A DNA stretch of 64,000 nucleotides from Opitutales bacterium (lineage in GTDB: Bacteria > Verrucomicrobiota > Verrucomicrobiia > Opitutales > UBA953), in contig JBBAUX010000003.1 of the NCBI GenBank assembly GCA_040398005.1, forward strand, positions 14,381 to 78,380, written 5' to 3'. The notes beneath the pieces are model-generated. The model was not told where the DNA came from and made no database searches. It saw only the letters and a list, made by a program, of their open reading frames with translations. Position numbers and translations under genes: made by a program. Shown piece by piece: positions 29,928 through 40,665 of this stretch. The number at the start of each line of letters is the position of its first letter. Position 1 is the first letter of the stretch.

Positions 29928-30917
29928 ATGACCGAACCCACGACGCAGCCCGTTGCCGCCGTGGTGGCTGAATTACTAACCAAGCGATACGGTTCACTCA
30001 CCGCGATTGAAGATTTATCCTTCACCGTAGCACCCGGTGAGATTGTCGGATTTTTAGGTCCGAATGGTGCGGGTAAATCGACGACCATGAAAATTTTGGC
30101 GGGCACGATGGCAGGCACTTCAGGCCGGGCGACCATCTGGGGAGAATCGGTTTCACTGAATCCCTCCGCCGCGAAAAGCCATTTGGCCTACATGCCAGAA
30201 AATAATCCACTGCCCGATGATTTACGCGTCGAAGAATATTTAACGCTGCGCGCAAAACTGAAGAACGTGGAAAGTAATGACGTGCAAGCACGCGTCGAAA
30301 AAGTGATGATAGATTGTGATTTAATCCGCCGCGCTAAAGGTCGACTCATTGGACAACTCTCCAAAGGATTTCGTCAACGGGTTGGCATTGCCGATGCCCT
30401 GCTCGCTCAACCGAAAGTTATTATTTTAGACGAGCCGACGATTGGCCTGGATCCCCATCAAATTTTAGGAATTCGCGATTTGATTCGTTCGCTGCGCGGA
30501 CAAATGGCCGTTCTCATTTCGAGTCACATTCTACATGAAGTCGAACAGGTCTGTGACAAAGTCGTAATTATTAATCGTGGACGCTTAGTGGCTCAAGGTA
30601 AGACCGAGGACTTACGGCGCGAACTTTTACCCAACGCCGTCTTTAAACTGACGAGCAACACTCCCCTCGCCCAACTTTTGGAAATTTGCTTACCCATTGA
30701 GAGTGCAACCAAAATTGAAATTCAAGAAAGCTTGGATGGAGGCTGGGTTCGTTACCAAATTACTATTCCCACTCAATCCGCGATCAGAGAAAATTTAGCA
30801 GCTCATTTAATTAAAGCCGGCGTGGCGTTACGCGAAATCGCCGAAGAACATTACGGCTTAGAAGATATTTTTTTAGCGGCCACACGACGAACCACGAACG
30901 ACGGATTAAAAAACTAA
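29928..30917 (+). CDS. ABC transporter ATP-binding protein (GldA-like)
   Basis: GPNGAGKST, LSKGFRQRVGIA, LDEPT.GLDP.Q, SSHIL. Confidence 0.92.
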   Translation: MTEPTTQPVAAVVAELLTKRYGSLTAIEDLSFTVAPGEIVGFLGPNGAGKSTTMKILAGTMAGTSGRATIWGESVSLNPSAAKSHLAYMPENNPLPDDLRVEEYLTLRAKLKNVESNDVQARVEKVMIDCDLIRRAKGRLIGQLSKGFRQRVGIADALLAQPKVIILDEPTIGLDPHQILGIRDLIRSLRGQMAVLISSHILHEVEQVCDKVVIINRGRLVAQGKTEDLRRELLPNAVFKLTSNTPLAQLLEICLPIESATKIEIQESLDGGWVRYQITIPTQSAIRENLAAHLIKAGVALREIAEEHYGLEDIFLAATRRTTNDGLKN

Positions 30918-30918
30918 A

Positions 30919-31680
30919 ATGCGACACTTTAAAACATTACTTTTGCATGAACTAAAGGTCGCGATGTACTCTTGGAATACTTGGGCGACGGCGGGTCTTT
31001 TTTTAACTCTGATGGGGACCATTTATTGGTTCGCGTTGTTGGAATGCAGTCGATCACCCCAATCGTGGACGCCGGTTGAAGGAACCTTTAAATTATTTTG
31101 GCTTCCCCTACTTTGTATTTTACCGTTGCTCACAATGCGGAGTTTTTCGGAGGAACGTCGCGCGGGTACACTCTCATCGCTCCTCACGACACCCGCGAGC
31201 ATTGCGGCCATTGTCTGGGCAAAGTTTTTGTCGGCCTGGATTACCTGGGTAATATTTTGGCTAGGATTTATTCCTTTCACTGTGCTGGTGAATCTTCGTC
31301 TGGGTTCAGTCAATGAACAGCGACTCAGTGATCCGAGTGTTCTCATCGGCGCGCTTTCTTTTATTTTCATGAGCGGACTGCTCCACGTAGCCATCGGGAT
31401 TTTATGCAGCTGCCTCACGCGCAGTTCGGCCCTCGCCGCCTTGCTCACCTTTATCATGCTACTCGGTCTGACTGCCGCAGGCGGAGCTTTAGAATCTTTA
31501 CCGATTGAAAGTTGGACGTGGCTCGGTTGGTTGCGCGAGCCTGCTTCCCATTTAAGAACATTCGGACACCTTCAAGATTTCGCTGCGGGCGTGATCGATT
31601 CTCGTCCCTTAGTTCTTTATATCACTGGAAATTTATTATGCCTAGGGTTGGCTGTTTTAGCCGTGGAGGGCCAAGAGTAA
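30919..31680 (+). CDS. ABC-2 permease (GldF-like)
   Basis: PLLTMRSFSEERRAGT..LLT.P, about six TM helices, F..GVID.R. Confidence 0.88.
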   Translation: MRHFKTLLLHELKVAMYSWNTWATAGLFLTLMGTIYWFALLECSRSPQSWTPVEGTFKLFWLPLLCILPLLTMRSFSEERRAGTLSSLLTTPASIAAIVWAKFLSAWITWVIFWLGFIPFTVLVNLRLGSVNEQRLSDPSVLIGALSFIFMSGLLHVAIGILCSCLTRSSALAALLTFIMLLGLTAAGGALESLPIESWTWLGWLREPASHLRTFGHLQDFAAGVIDSRPLVLYITGNLLCLGLAVLAVEGQE

Positions 31681-31681
31681 A

Positions 31682-33202
31682 ATGAGCAAGCCACGTGATG
31701 ATTTTAGCATTGTGCGTCCCATCCGCAGATTGAATCGCTTAACCCAAACGATTCTGGCGATTGGCCTCGCACTCATGGTTAATTTTTTAGCCGAACAAAG
31801 TGACTTTCGTTTTCGCTATGACTTAACCACGGATCGCCGCCACTCGCTATCCGCTGAATCCGTCGAAACCATTAAAGTGGCGAGCCGGAAAAGCCCGGTC
31901 GGAAATAATAAAAATAAAAACTGGGTGAGAGCACTCGTGCTTAATGATAATTTTTCGGAGAATGACGTTTCCCTGCGCGTGCAACTGGGAAAATTATTAG
32001 AAGCGTACAAACTTGAATCGAGCAAAGAAGGTAATGAATGGTTTAATGTAACCCAAATCAGCAGTGGATTGAATCAGGAATTATTATCCGAGGTGGCGGC
32101 GCAAAATGGTCCACCCGCTCGCAATACAGTCTTAATTATTATCTCCGGTACTCGCGTAAAATATGTGAGTTTGGCGGAGTTGGTTGAGGTCACTCCCAGT
32201 AACCAGGCCCTATTTAAAGGTGAGTCCGTGGTAACCTCGGCGTTGCTGGAAGTGACTGAAGAGCGACCGGCGATGGGCTATATCATTAAAGGTCACGGAG
32301 AATTGGGACTGGATGACTCTTCACCCTTACGCGGCATGTCGCAGCTGTCCCGACAATTACGAAATCGGAATTTCACCCTGCGGACGCTGGATCTAACCAC
32401 GAGTAAGGAAATTCCGCGCGATACTTCGGTCTTATTCATCATGGGTCCACAAATTGCATTTTCGCCACTCGAAGTAGAATTAATAAAAAATTATTTATAT
32501 GAAAGAAATGGTCGGGTCTTAGTACTACTCGAACCCGCTCGCACACATGGCCTCGATACGATTTTAAGTGACTGGGCAATTTTTTCTCCCGACTGCGAAC
32601 TACAGGAGCTGGATACCTCGGGACGTTCGGCGGAAGGCGATATTGTGCTACGTCGCCTAGTCGATAAGCCGAATGCGCTCACGCGCGTTCTCCAGGAACA
32701 AGATTTGCCCATCATCGGCTCTCGTTTCAGAAATGTTAAGTTTGATGACGGGAGCACTCCCGATAGCACTCTTTCCGTTACTCCGCTTATTTTTAGTTCG
32801 GATAATTCATGGGGCGAAACCGATTATCAACGGCGACCTTTTAAATATGATATCAACCGCGATCAACCTGGACCGCTGAGCGTGGCGGTGGCTGCCGAGA
32901 GAGCGGCTGGCATTCGCAAAGGCACGACCAGTTCGGGGGGGCGTTTAGTGGTCATTGGCTCATCCGACATCGCTACGAATCAAAAAATTAATCGTGGGGG
33001 CAATCAGGCATTCATCATTCAGGCCGCGGCTTGGTTGGCTGACCGCGATCGGGCTGTCTCGATTACCCCTCGTATTGCTAGTGCCTATCAAATTACCGCC
33101 ACGGCGGCAGACTTTTGGGCCCTGGCCCTTCGCTTTGGTTGTATTCCGGCAATTGTTTTAGCACTCGGGCTTGCGATTTCTATTTGGCGTCGCAGAAATT
33201 AA
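31682..33202 (+). CDS. GldG-like ABC auxiliary component
   Basis: DLT....SLS, GHGE, GRVLVLLEP, GRLVVIGS, N..F.....WL, terminal TM ending WRRR. Confidence 0.87.
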   Translation: MSKPRDDFSIVRPIRRLNRLTQTILAIGLALMVNFLAEQSDFRFRYDLTTDRRHSLSAESVETIKVASRKSPVGNNKNKNWVRALVLNDNFSENDVSLRVQLGKLLEAYKLESSKEGNEWFNVTQISSGLNQELLSEVAAQNGPPARNTVLIIISGTRVKYVSLAELVEVTPSNQALFKGESVVTSALLEVTEERPAMGYIIKGHGELGLDDSSPLRGMSQLSRQLRNRNFTLRTLDLTTSKEIPRDTSVLFIMGPQIAFSPLEVELIKNYLYERNGRVLVLLEPARTHGLDTILSDWAIFSPDCELQELDTSGRSAEGDIVLRRLVDKPNALTRVLQEQDLPIIGSRFRNVKFDDGSTPDSTLSVTPLIFSSDNSWGETDYQRRPFKYDINRDQPGPLSVAVAAERAAGIRKGTTSSGGRLVVIGSSDIATNQKINRGGNQAFIIQAAAWLADRDRAVSITPRIASAYQITATAADFWALALRFGCIPAIVLALGLAISIWRRRN

Positions 33203-33208
33203 GGCTCT

Positions 33209-35050
33209 ATGCGGATTGCCCGCTCCACCCTTATCTTATTTGTCGCCAACCTCCTGGTGTTTGGGCTCGTCTGGCGTGCCAGCATCACGCACACGGTTGC
33301 GCCCATCAGTCAAAACTTACTTTTTCCTACGGGCATCACGGGTTTAGAAATTAATGATAATGGGACAAAAATCGCCTTAGAAAAAAAAGGTGCGTTTTGG
33401 TATGTAAATTCTCCCTATAAATGGGCGGCGAATTTATGGTCGGTCCAACGCATTATCGATGAACTCCGTTTTATCGATAGCGAAAAAGGTTTTACCGTGA
33501 ACGAAGTCAAAGCCAACGGGAGTAATTTAGAAACCTACGGACTGCAAAAACCGCGATGGACACTGAAGGCGGTGACGGAGAATAACCAGACTCAAGAAAT
33601 TAAAATTGGGGAAAACAAAGAAACCCGGCGATTATTTATTTTAACATCGGACAGTCAAAAAATCATTCCCGTCGCCGATGCGCTGGCCGCCGCCCTCGAG
33701 GCTAAGCCCGAGACTTATCGGGTAGATAAAGTTTTTGAAATTGCGGAATTTGAAGTCCGCGCGATTTCCACGCGGCGAAAAATAGATAACGCGGACGTGG
33801 TCACTAATCTTGCTTACGAAGAGCGGGCACGACCTGGTCGACGAGGACAAGGTGCAGAATGGCGGTTTACCGCACCCTTTGAAACCCTCGCTGACCCTGA
33901 GAGAATCACGCAAGCCCTCTCAAATTTAGTTAATATTCGCGTTCTACAATTTGCCGAAAAAATGTCCGATGAGATGGGCTTAGCTGATCCCGTCATCCGT
34001 CTTGCGTTAGAAGGTAGCTCCCGTCGCCAAGTTTTACTGATTGGCAAACAAGGTGTTAAAAATACCACACAGTGCTGGGCCAAACTCGACGAGAGTGATG
34101 CGGTGTTTCTGATTGAGACTAAAGATTTAGGTGGATGGTACAATCCTCGAGCTATTCTGACTTCAACTCGCCCCGTAGATTTCGATCCAGAAATCGTCAC
34201 TGGATTTAATTTAAGCTCCGGTGGTCGTACCATCACCTTACACCGTCTTGAATCGACCGGCAAAGATACCCGCTGGGAAATTCCCGTCGTGCCTGGTTCT
34301 ACCGCCATTCAGCGTCGAGATGGTGATAGTCAGTTAATCAAAGAATTCTTGGGCGACTTAAGTCAGCTTCGGGCAATTAATTTACGCCAAGGTGAAAAGA
34401 ATTTGAATGAAACTTGGTTAATCCCTGCAGCGAGTCTACCCGCAGTGCCGTTGCACAAAGTTGAAATCGAAATTGGTGGCGAAAAAATTTCGGTTTCATT
34501 TTATCCAGGGCCCGAAAACAAACCTGCCGGAACTTATCTAGTACACCAAAAAGGGGCAGCTTTTGCTGGAGTTTGTGAAGTGTCGCTCCTACGTAATGCT
34601 TACCAAAATGTGGCTCCACAGTTTTGGAGAAATCGAGTCCTCCATGAATTAGCCACAGGCACAAAAGTGGTCGGCCTGCGCCTGGTAGAACGTAAAGATG
34701 GCAAGGTGATGGGCGAGGCGCGACTCGGACCCGACGGGAACTGGGCGGGCACGGGCAGACTCGATGCAGCTACCAGTCGTCGACTAGCCACCAGCTTAGC
34801 ACAAGTGAAGGCGACTGAATTTCCCACGCGAGATATCGGCGCGGGTGAATGGAAATATTTACTACGAATCACCGATCAGGCGGCGGCTGGATCGACCGGA
34901 GCCAGCGAATCGCTTCGTAATTACTGGTGCACTGAACCACTCAACAACACCGCCGTCTTATTGCGTGATGAGAATGACGAGGACAGTTTCCTGCTCGACC
35001 CTACTTTAGCCGAAATTCTCATCCCACTGTTAAATAACGCCAGTCGATGA
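33209..35050 (+). CDS. DUF4340-like periplasmic protein
   Basis: N-terminal TM; repeated W...P...A, YGLQKP/MGLADP and IG motifs; position after gldG-like gene. Confidence 0.75.
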   Translation: MRIARSTLILFVANLLVFGLVWRASITHTVAPISQNLLFPTGITGLEINDNGTKIALEKKGAFWYVNSPYKWAANLWSVQRIIDELRFIDSEKGFTVNEVKANGSNLETYGLQKPRWTLKAVTENNQTQEIKIGENKETRRLFILTSDSQKIIPVADALAAALEAKPETYRVDKVFEIAEFEVRAISTRRKIDNADVVTNLAYEERARPGRRGQGAEWRFTAPFETLADPERITQALSNLVNIRVLQFAEKMSDEMGLADPVIRLALEGSSRRQVLLIGKQGVKNTTQCWAKLDESDAVFLIETKDLGGWYNPRAILTSTRPVDFDPEIVTGFNLSSGGRTITLHRLESTGKDTRWEIPVVPGSTAIQRRDGDSQLIKEFLGDLSQLRAINLRQGEKNLNETWLIPAASLPAVPLHKVEIEIGGEKISVSFYPGPENKPAGTYLVHQKGAAFAGVCEVSLLRNAYQNVAPQFWRNRVLHELATGTKVVGLRLVERKDGKVMGEARLGPDGNWAGTGRLDAATSRRLATSLAQVKATEFPTRDIGAGEWKYLLRITDQAAAGSTGASESLRNYWCTEPLNNTAVLLRDENDEDSFLLDPTLAEILIPLLNNASR

Positions 35051-37791
35051 GCGAAGCCAAATCGGTAAGTCGATTTAAAAAAATTGTCCGAGGCCTCGGG
35101 ACTTCCATTTTAGTTTTCTTACTCCTCTTTCAATTACTACTTTTATGGGTAGCTAATAATCAAATTCCTGTTCGGCTACCTGAAAGTGTCAGTCAAATAA
35201 TCCTCCATCAAGCCGCCCAAGAAGGGATTAAGCTGCAAGCACGTAACTTTTGGATTCAGCCAGATCTTTCTTTGGCCGTGGATGATATCATAGTGGAAAT
35301 TGAGGGTATCACTGGTGAAGTGTTTACGGCCGAGCGGGTGGAATTTCAAATCTCTCCGAGTAATCTATTTTTCCTAAAAATTTCACCGCTAAGATTTAAT
35401 CTCCGGGGCGGTAAAATATTTTGCCCCGCAAGCATTTCACAAATGGGCGAGAAGCATCTTTTACTGGAAGACCTGCGAATCGATTTAGTACGCAAAGGAA
35501 ATTGGCTGACAGCGCCTATTTGCCGCACGCGGACGGGTAATTTTGTTGTTTCACTGGAAGGTGAATTACCGCTTAACCTTTTAAGTATTCAAAATAATCT
35601 CTTAGAGGGATCCACGCAGCCGACGGTAACCATCGCTCAGTCTACCCGCAGATACTTAAGCGCTCTGGAAGAAATAGTGGCACTGGCCAAAGAAGCAGGA
35701 GGGGGCTCGATTCAAATGGATGCCAATGGTAAGGCCACGGGCGGAGCAGAACTTAAACTCCAAGCCGTGTTAGCTAATCACGTGAGCACAACGAGTATCG
35801 CAAACTTTCAAGCACGCACCTTAGAGATACTTGGCCGCATTCAAATCAACAAGAAAGGACTCATTGAACAATGGTCACTGCAAAGTGCGGTAGATTATTT
35901 AAGTTATAAAAACTATAGCATTAAACATATCCTGGTTGAAATGAGTGGAGCGGATCAAAATCGCTCGATCACTGGACACATTATTGGGGTCGACGGTTCC
36001 CTGCCCCAATTAGACGGTATTCAATTCTGGGCGAAGTTTACGCCGCAACGGATTAATGAAATGGCCGGCATTCGAGCAGTTTTCGAAAGTCAGAGCCGCG
36101 AGTCCGAAGCCGTGGGTGAACTCAGTTGGATAAACTCGGCGACTAGTCCGGTGGGTGATTTCTCCTGGAAAATTAATTATGCGCAAATCTCTGCCAGCGA
36201 GTTGAATGCGTTTTCGAGTATCAAAGAGCTACTTAAACAATCGCGCGTTAAACTGGATGGCTACATCGGTTTATCGCAAACCCAGATTGAACATGGCCAA
36301 CAATTTAAGTGGGCCGAAGGTGAAATCAGTTTCACCGGTTTAGACGCCCTCGGCATCAGTCAAAAAAGTCTGTCGTCGAATCAGGACCTCGCGATGGTCA
36401 CCCGATTTTCTTTTTCGCCTGAGCGGAAGCCCTTCCCGCTTCAATTAAGAAACTTACAACTCACCACGATACGCGGCGAGTTGGATTGTGCCTTGGAACC
36501 CAGAGGCGAATTTAATTTGCGACTCCGCGGCGATGTTCACCCCGATACTCTCAATGAAATCCTGGGACAGTGGTGGGTTGATACGTGGAAAATGTTTGAG
36601 ATTAAAAAAAATCCTCGGGCGACAATCGATGTGGTTGGGCGCTGGGGAAACCTATCGGCGGATGTTAAAGGGCGGGTCCGCATGGATGATTTCACTTTAT
36701 TAACTGCACCTTTTCGGCGGGTGACGCTATCCGTAGATACCAGTTCGGAATACACTCGAATTGGGATTGAAGAATTAGCTGGAGGAAAGTCGGAAGAGGA
36801 TGGCGCAGTGCATGGGAGTGTGGCGTGGGATTGGCGTAAACCCGCCGCGCTGGCTGGTCCGGTGATTTCTTTGCGGGGCAATCTGCAGCCGTGGATTGCG
36901 GCGGACTGCAGTGCGGATAACATTGCTGAAATTTTGAAAAAGATTGAGCTACCCGGGAGTCATTCATTTGACCTATTCGTTACGCCTACGGAAAATGGAC
37001 TAAATGTTGAGGCGAACGCGGAATGCATCGAGCCGTTTAAAGCATGGGGAGTTGAGAGTCGAAATTTCAAAATCAATGTAGTGAGTAAGAATAATATTAT
37101 TTCGGCGCGTTCGAGTTTTATTCTGGCGGATGGAAATGTGAAATTCGAACTCAACGGAAAAACGCCTCACGAAGCGGAAATCTTTTTAGAACTAAAAAAC
37201 TGTGATACTTTAAAAATCACGCGCCTGACTGAAAAATTAAAAGGCGTTAAGGCTGGATCAGTGGAAATGTTTAAACCCGAATCTAACCTAAACTTTGACT
37301 TCCATGGTACCGTGGATATCGATAACCCCACGGAGGTTAAAGGCCTTGGGTCATTTGATCTCTATAGCCCCGATTTAAAAAAAATCCGCTTGCTCGGAGG
37401 ACTGTCGACTATTCTAGAATCCCTCGGCATCGAAGCCACCACCTACACGCTTGACCACATCAACGGCCACTTCGGGTGTGCAGAGGGCACGGCTTACTTT
37501 CCTGACCTCATGATTATGGGATCTCAGTCCTATCTTGGCCTCAATGGGGAGGTTCATCTTAAGGATTCTGAAGTGGATTTTAACGGTCAGTTCACGGTTC
37601 CAAAGTCTAGTAGCTCTACCCCCCTACAATTACTGAATTTGAGCCGAAATCTGGTAAATAATACCAAAATTACGGTAAAAGGGCCTATTTCGACCCCAAA
37701 AAGCGATGCCAATCCGCCCTGGTTGTCATTATTCTTTAAGTCCATTATTAAGAAAGACTTAGGTAAAATTCCTGATAGTTTGATGGAATGA
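35047..37791 (+). CDS. Large membrane-anchored beta-rich protein, AsmA/TamB-like (tentative)
   Basis: Single N-terminal TM, about 880 aa of amphipathic beta strands, C-terminal ITVKGPISTP resembling AsmA-like ends. Confidence 0.6.
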   Translation: MSEAKSVSRFKKIVRGLGTSILVFLLLFQLLLLWVANNQIPVRLPESVSQIILHQAAQEGIKLQARNFWIQPDLSLAVDDIIVEIEGITGEVFTAERVEFQISPSNLFFLKISPLRFNLRGGKIFCPASISQMGEKHLLLEDLRIDLVRKGNWLTAPICRTRTGNFVVSLEGELPLNLLSIQNNLLEGSTQPTVTIAQSTRRYLSALEEIVALAKEAGGGSIQMDANGKATGGAELKLQAVLANHVSTTSIANFQARTLEILGRIQINKKGLIEQWSLQSAVDYLSYKNYSIKHILVEMSGADQNRSITGHIIGVDGSLPQLDGIQFWAKFTPQRINEMAGIRAVFESQSRESEAVGELSWINSATSPVGDFSWKINYAQISASELNAFSSIKELLKQSRVKLDGYIGLSQTQIEHGQQFKWAEGEISFTGLDALGISQKSLSSNQDLAMVTRFSFSPERKPFPLQLRNLQLTTIRGELDCALEPRGEFNLRLRGDVHPDTLNEILGQWWVDTWKMFEIKKNPRATIDVVGRWGNLSADVKGRVRMDDFTLLTAPFRRVTLSVDTSSEYTRIGIEELAGGKSEEDGAVHGSVAWDWRKPAALAGPVISLRGNLQPWIAADCSADNIAEILKKIELPGSHSFDLFVTPTENGLNVEANAECIEPFKAWGVESRNFKINVVSKNNIISARSSFILADGNVKFELNGKTPHEAEIFLELKNCDTLKITRLTEKLKGVKAGSVEMFKPESNLNFDFHGTVDIDNPTEVKGLGSFDLYSPDLKKIRLLGGLSTILESLGIEATTYTLDHINGHFGCAEGTAYFPDLMIMGSQSYLGLNGEVHLKDSEVDFNGQFTVPKSSSSTPLQLLNLSRNLVNNTKITVKGPISTPKSDANPPWLSLFFKSIIKKDLGKIPDSLME

Positions 37792-37855
37792 GATGTTGAT
37801 TAGTTGCTAGGACCCGATGTATCTATCGTGAAACCCCCTCACGGAGGACAAAACA

Positions 37856-38326
37856 TTGGACCTAACTAAGATCAAACAAGTCGTGGATTTAATGAAGAAA
37901 TCGGACCTTTCCGAATTCGAAATCCAAGACCAAGAATTCAAATTACGCATCAAGCGTGATGTGGGTGGACGTGCTGCGCCCGTAGCATCCGCCCCAGCGG
38001 CACCCGTTGCCTATACACCTGCTACGGCAAGTGCACCCAGCCCAGCGGTTGCCCCAGCTCCTGCGGCAGTGGTAGCTGACCCCAACGTCAAAACTATCAA
38101 TTCACCCATGGTCGGGACCTATTACTCCACCCCTTCACCCGAGAACCCAGCCTTCGTGGTCGTCGGTTCACAGGTTAAGGTGGATAGCACCGTTTGTATC
38201 ATCGAAGCGATGAAGGTGATGAATGAGATTCCTTCTGAAATCGCTGGCACGATTGTTGAATGTCTCGTGGCCAATGGAACATCCGTGGAATTCGGCCAGC
38301 CCCTCTTCCGCGTGAAGGTAGGCTGA
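37856..38326 (+). CDS. accB: Biotin carboxyl carrier protein
   Basis: SPMVGT, EAMK biotinylation motif, Ala/Pro linker; TTG start with GGAGG upstream. Confidence 0.97.
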   Translation: MDLTKIKQVVDLMKKSDLSEFEIQDQEFKLRIKRDVGGRAAPVASAPAAPVAYTPATASAPSPAVAPAPAAVVADPNVKTINSPMVGTYYSTPSPENPAFVVVGSQVKVDSTVCIIEAMKVMNEIPSEIAGTIVECLVANGTSVEFGQPLFRVKVG

Positions 38327-38342
38327 TTACCGAATTTATCCG

Positions 38343-39719
38343 ATGAATAAAATCCTTATCGCCAATCGTGGCGAAATCGCCCTTCGCATTATTCGTGCCT
38401 GCCGTGAGCTAGGCATCAAGACCGTCGCGGTTTACTCTCAAGCTGACGAACAGTCGATGCACGTTCAGTTAGCCGACGAGGCTGTGTGTATCGGACCAGC
38501 ACCGAGCAAAGATTCTTACCTCCGCGAGGATCGTATTATTTCTGCCGCCGAGATTACTAACGTAGATGCGATTCACCCGGGCTACGGATTTTTATCCGAA
38601 CGCGCAGGCTTCGCTGAAAAGTGTGCGTCTGCTAATATTAAATTTATTGGTCCCCGTCCTGAAGCGATTCGGATGATGGGTGACAAAGCCGTGGCCCGTC
38701 AGACCGCTGCTAAATATAAGGTTCCTACGGTTCCTGGCACCGATGGTCCCGTGGATAATCAACGTGAAGCGGTTAAGGAAGCTCAACGGATTGGTTTTCC
38801 GGTCATCATTAAAGCCGTCGCGGGTGGGGGCGGAAAAGGGATGCGCATTGTACACAATGCTGCCGCTTTCGGTAAGGAATTTGAAGCCGCCCGAGCTGAA
38901 GCCGAAAAAGCTTTTGGAAATGGTTCGGTTTATATTGAAAAATATATCGAACAACCTCGTCACATTGAGTTTCAGATGTTGGCCGATGAACACGGTAAAG
39001 TCATTCACCTCGGTGAACGCGATTGCTCAGTGCAGCGTCGCCACCAAAAACTCATTGAAGAATCACCCTCTCCTTTCCTCACCCCGAAACTACGTGAAGA
39101 AATGGGTAAAGTGGCAGTGCGCTTAACGGAATCGATTGGCTACCATAACGCAGGCACAATCGAATTCCTGGTCGATAAGAATGGGAAGTACTACTTCATG
39201 GAAATGAACACCCGTATTCAAGTAGAACACGGTGTGACGGAAGAAGTCACCGACATCGACTTAGTTCGCCGACAAATTTTAATCGCTTGTGGAGAAAAGT
39301 TAGAGCTTAACCAAAAAGATATTAAAATCACTGGCCACGCGATTGAGTGTCGAATCAACGCCGAAGACCCTGCGCGTAACTTCGCCCCCAGCCCTGGAAC
39401 GATCGGACTTTATTACACTCCCGGTGGTCATGGTGTTCGCGTAGACTCCCACTGTTACTCCGGTTACACGATTCCTCCTACTTACGATTCCATGGTGGCT
39501 AAACTTATCTCGGTCGGCTCCAACCGTCAGAAAGCTCTCGACCGTATGCACCGCGCCTTGGGTGAATATATCATTCGCGGTATCCATACCACCATTCCCG
39601 TTTGTCGTTCGATTATGAAAGATCCCGTGTTCCGCCAAGGAGGTGCGACCACGAAGTATCTGGAAGATTTCTTTGAACGCACTCCTAAGGAACTCTGGTC
39701 AGCCTCACCGCTGAGTTGA
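38343..39719 (+). CDS. accC: Biotin carboxylase
   Basis: [45 protein letters not shown]. Confidence 0.98.
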   Translation: MNKILIANRGEIALRIIRACRELGIKTVAVYSQADEQSMHVQLADEAVCIGPAPSKDSYLREDRIISAAEITNVDAIHPGYGFLSERAGFAEKCASANIKFIGPRPEAIRMMGDKAVARQTAAKYKVPTVPGTDGPVDNQREAVKEAQRIGFPVIIKAVAGGGGKGMRIVHNAAAFGKEFEAARAEAEKAFGNGSVYIEKYIEQPRHIEFQMLADEHGKVIHLGERDCSVQRRHQKLIEESPSPFLTPKLREEMGKVAVRLTESIGYHNAGTIEFLVDKNGKYYFMEMNTRIQVEHGVTEEVTDIDLVRRQILIACGEKLELNQKDIKITGHAIECRINAEDPARNFAPSPGTIGLYYTPGGHGVRVDSHCYSGYTIPPTYDSMVAKLISVGSNRQKALDRMHRALGEYIIRGIHTTIPVCRSIMKDPVFRQGGATTKYLEDFFERTPKELWSASPLS

Positions 39720-40663
39720 GGCCCAAGGAAAAAATCGCCATGAGCTCTAGCTCTCGTCTCCGCAGTACAGAAAGTAAAAAACTGCGAACGGGTGGCGACT
39801 ATCTGCAATTCGCGAATAAATTATTAAAGGCGAAGGGCGTGGCCCACGGACAAGGCTTTGTCGACGAACAAGAGGAGTCGCTGACCCTCATGTCAGCTGC
39901 CACCGGGCTGGCTTGGGAAAAATTGCCTCAGTGCTTTAAGCGTGAGCTAACGGAAAAAGAAAAAAATCGCTTTGTCGAGTTACTCGGTCGACGCATTTTG
40001 GAACGAATACCCACGGCTTATCTCATCGGAGAAGCTTGGCTCGGTGGATTAAAATTTAAAGTGGATGAACGCGTCATCATTCCGCGGTCGTACTTCGTGG
40101 AACTGATTCCCGAAATTATCCCGCAATGGTTGCCACCGGTTAAAACGATAAAGCGCGTTGCTGATATCTGTACGGGATCTGGCTGCCTTGCCATCTTACT
40201 GGCTAAATATTTCCCCAACGCTCAAGTGGATGCGACGGATCTTTCGGGCGATGCCCTCGAGGTTGCAAAAATTAATGTTAAAAAGCACCGCTTAGAAAAA
40301 CGCGTGAAGCTATTTAAGACCGACACCATGACCGCGCTGATGTCGGGTAAAAATTACGACCTCATTGTAAGCAATCCGCCTTACGAACCAGAGTCGGTTT
40401 ATAAAAAACTGCCCGAAGAATTTAAAAAAGAACCTAAGATTTCTTTAGTATCAGAGAAAGACGGGCTGGGAGTCATTCGGAAATTACTGAAACAAGCGGC
40501 GAAGAAATTAAATCCGAATGGTATTTTGTTAATTGAAGTAGGTGGATTGCGTAAGGCCATACATAAGCATTGGCCGAAGTTGCCCATGGTTTGGTTGGCC
40601 ACGCAAGATGGACTGGATTGCGTGTGCTTAATCGCAGCGCGTGACTTACAAAAATTAAAATAA
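39716..40663 (+). CDS. prmB: Ribosomal protein L3 N5-glutamine methyltransferase-like (alternative start ATG 39740)
   Basis: [34 protein letters not shown]. Confidence 0.85.
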   Translation: MRPKEKIAMSSSSRLRSTESKKLRTGGDYLQFANKLLKAKGVAHGQGFVDEQEESLTLMSAATGLAWEKLPQCFKRELTEKEKNRFVELLGRRILERIPTAYLIGEAWLGGLKFKVDERVIIPRSYFVELIPEIIPQWLPPVKTIKRVADICTGSGCLAILLAKYFPNAQVDATDLSGDALEVAKINVKKHRLEKRVKLFKTDTMTALMSGKNYDLIVSNPPYEPESVYKKLPEEFKKEPKISLVSEKDGLGVIRKLLKQAAKKLNPNGILLIEVGGLRKAIHKHWPKLPMVWLATQDGLDCVCLIAARDLQKLK

Positions 40664-40665
40664 TT

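Noticed and set aside
29928..33202. Gliding motility machinery
   Set aside because: GldA/F/G-like ABC genes alone do not imply gliding, and there are no GldK/L/M/N or Spr-like genes here.
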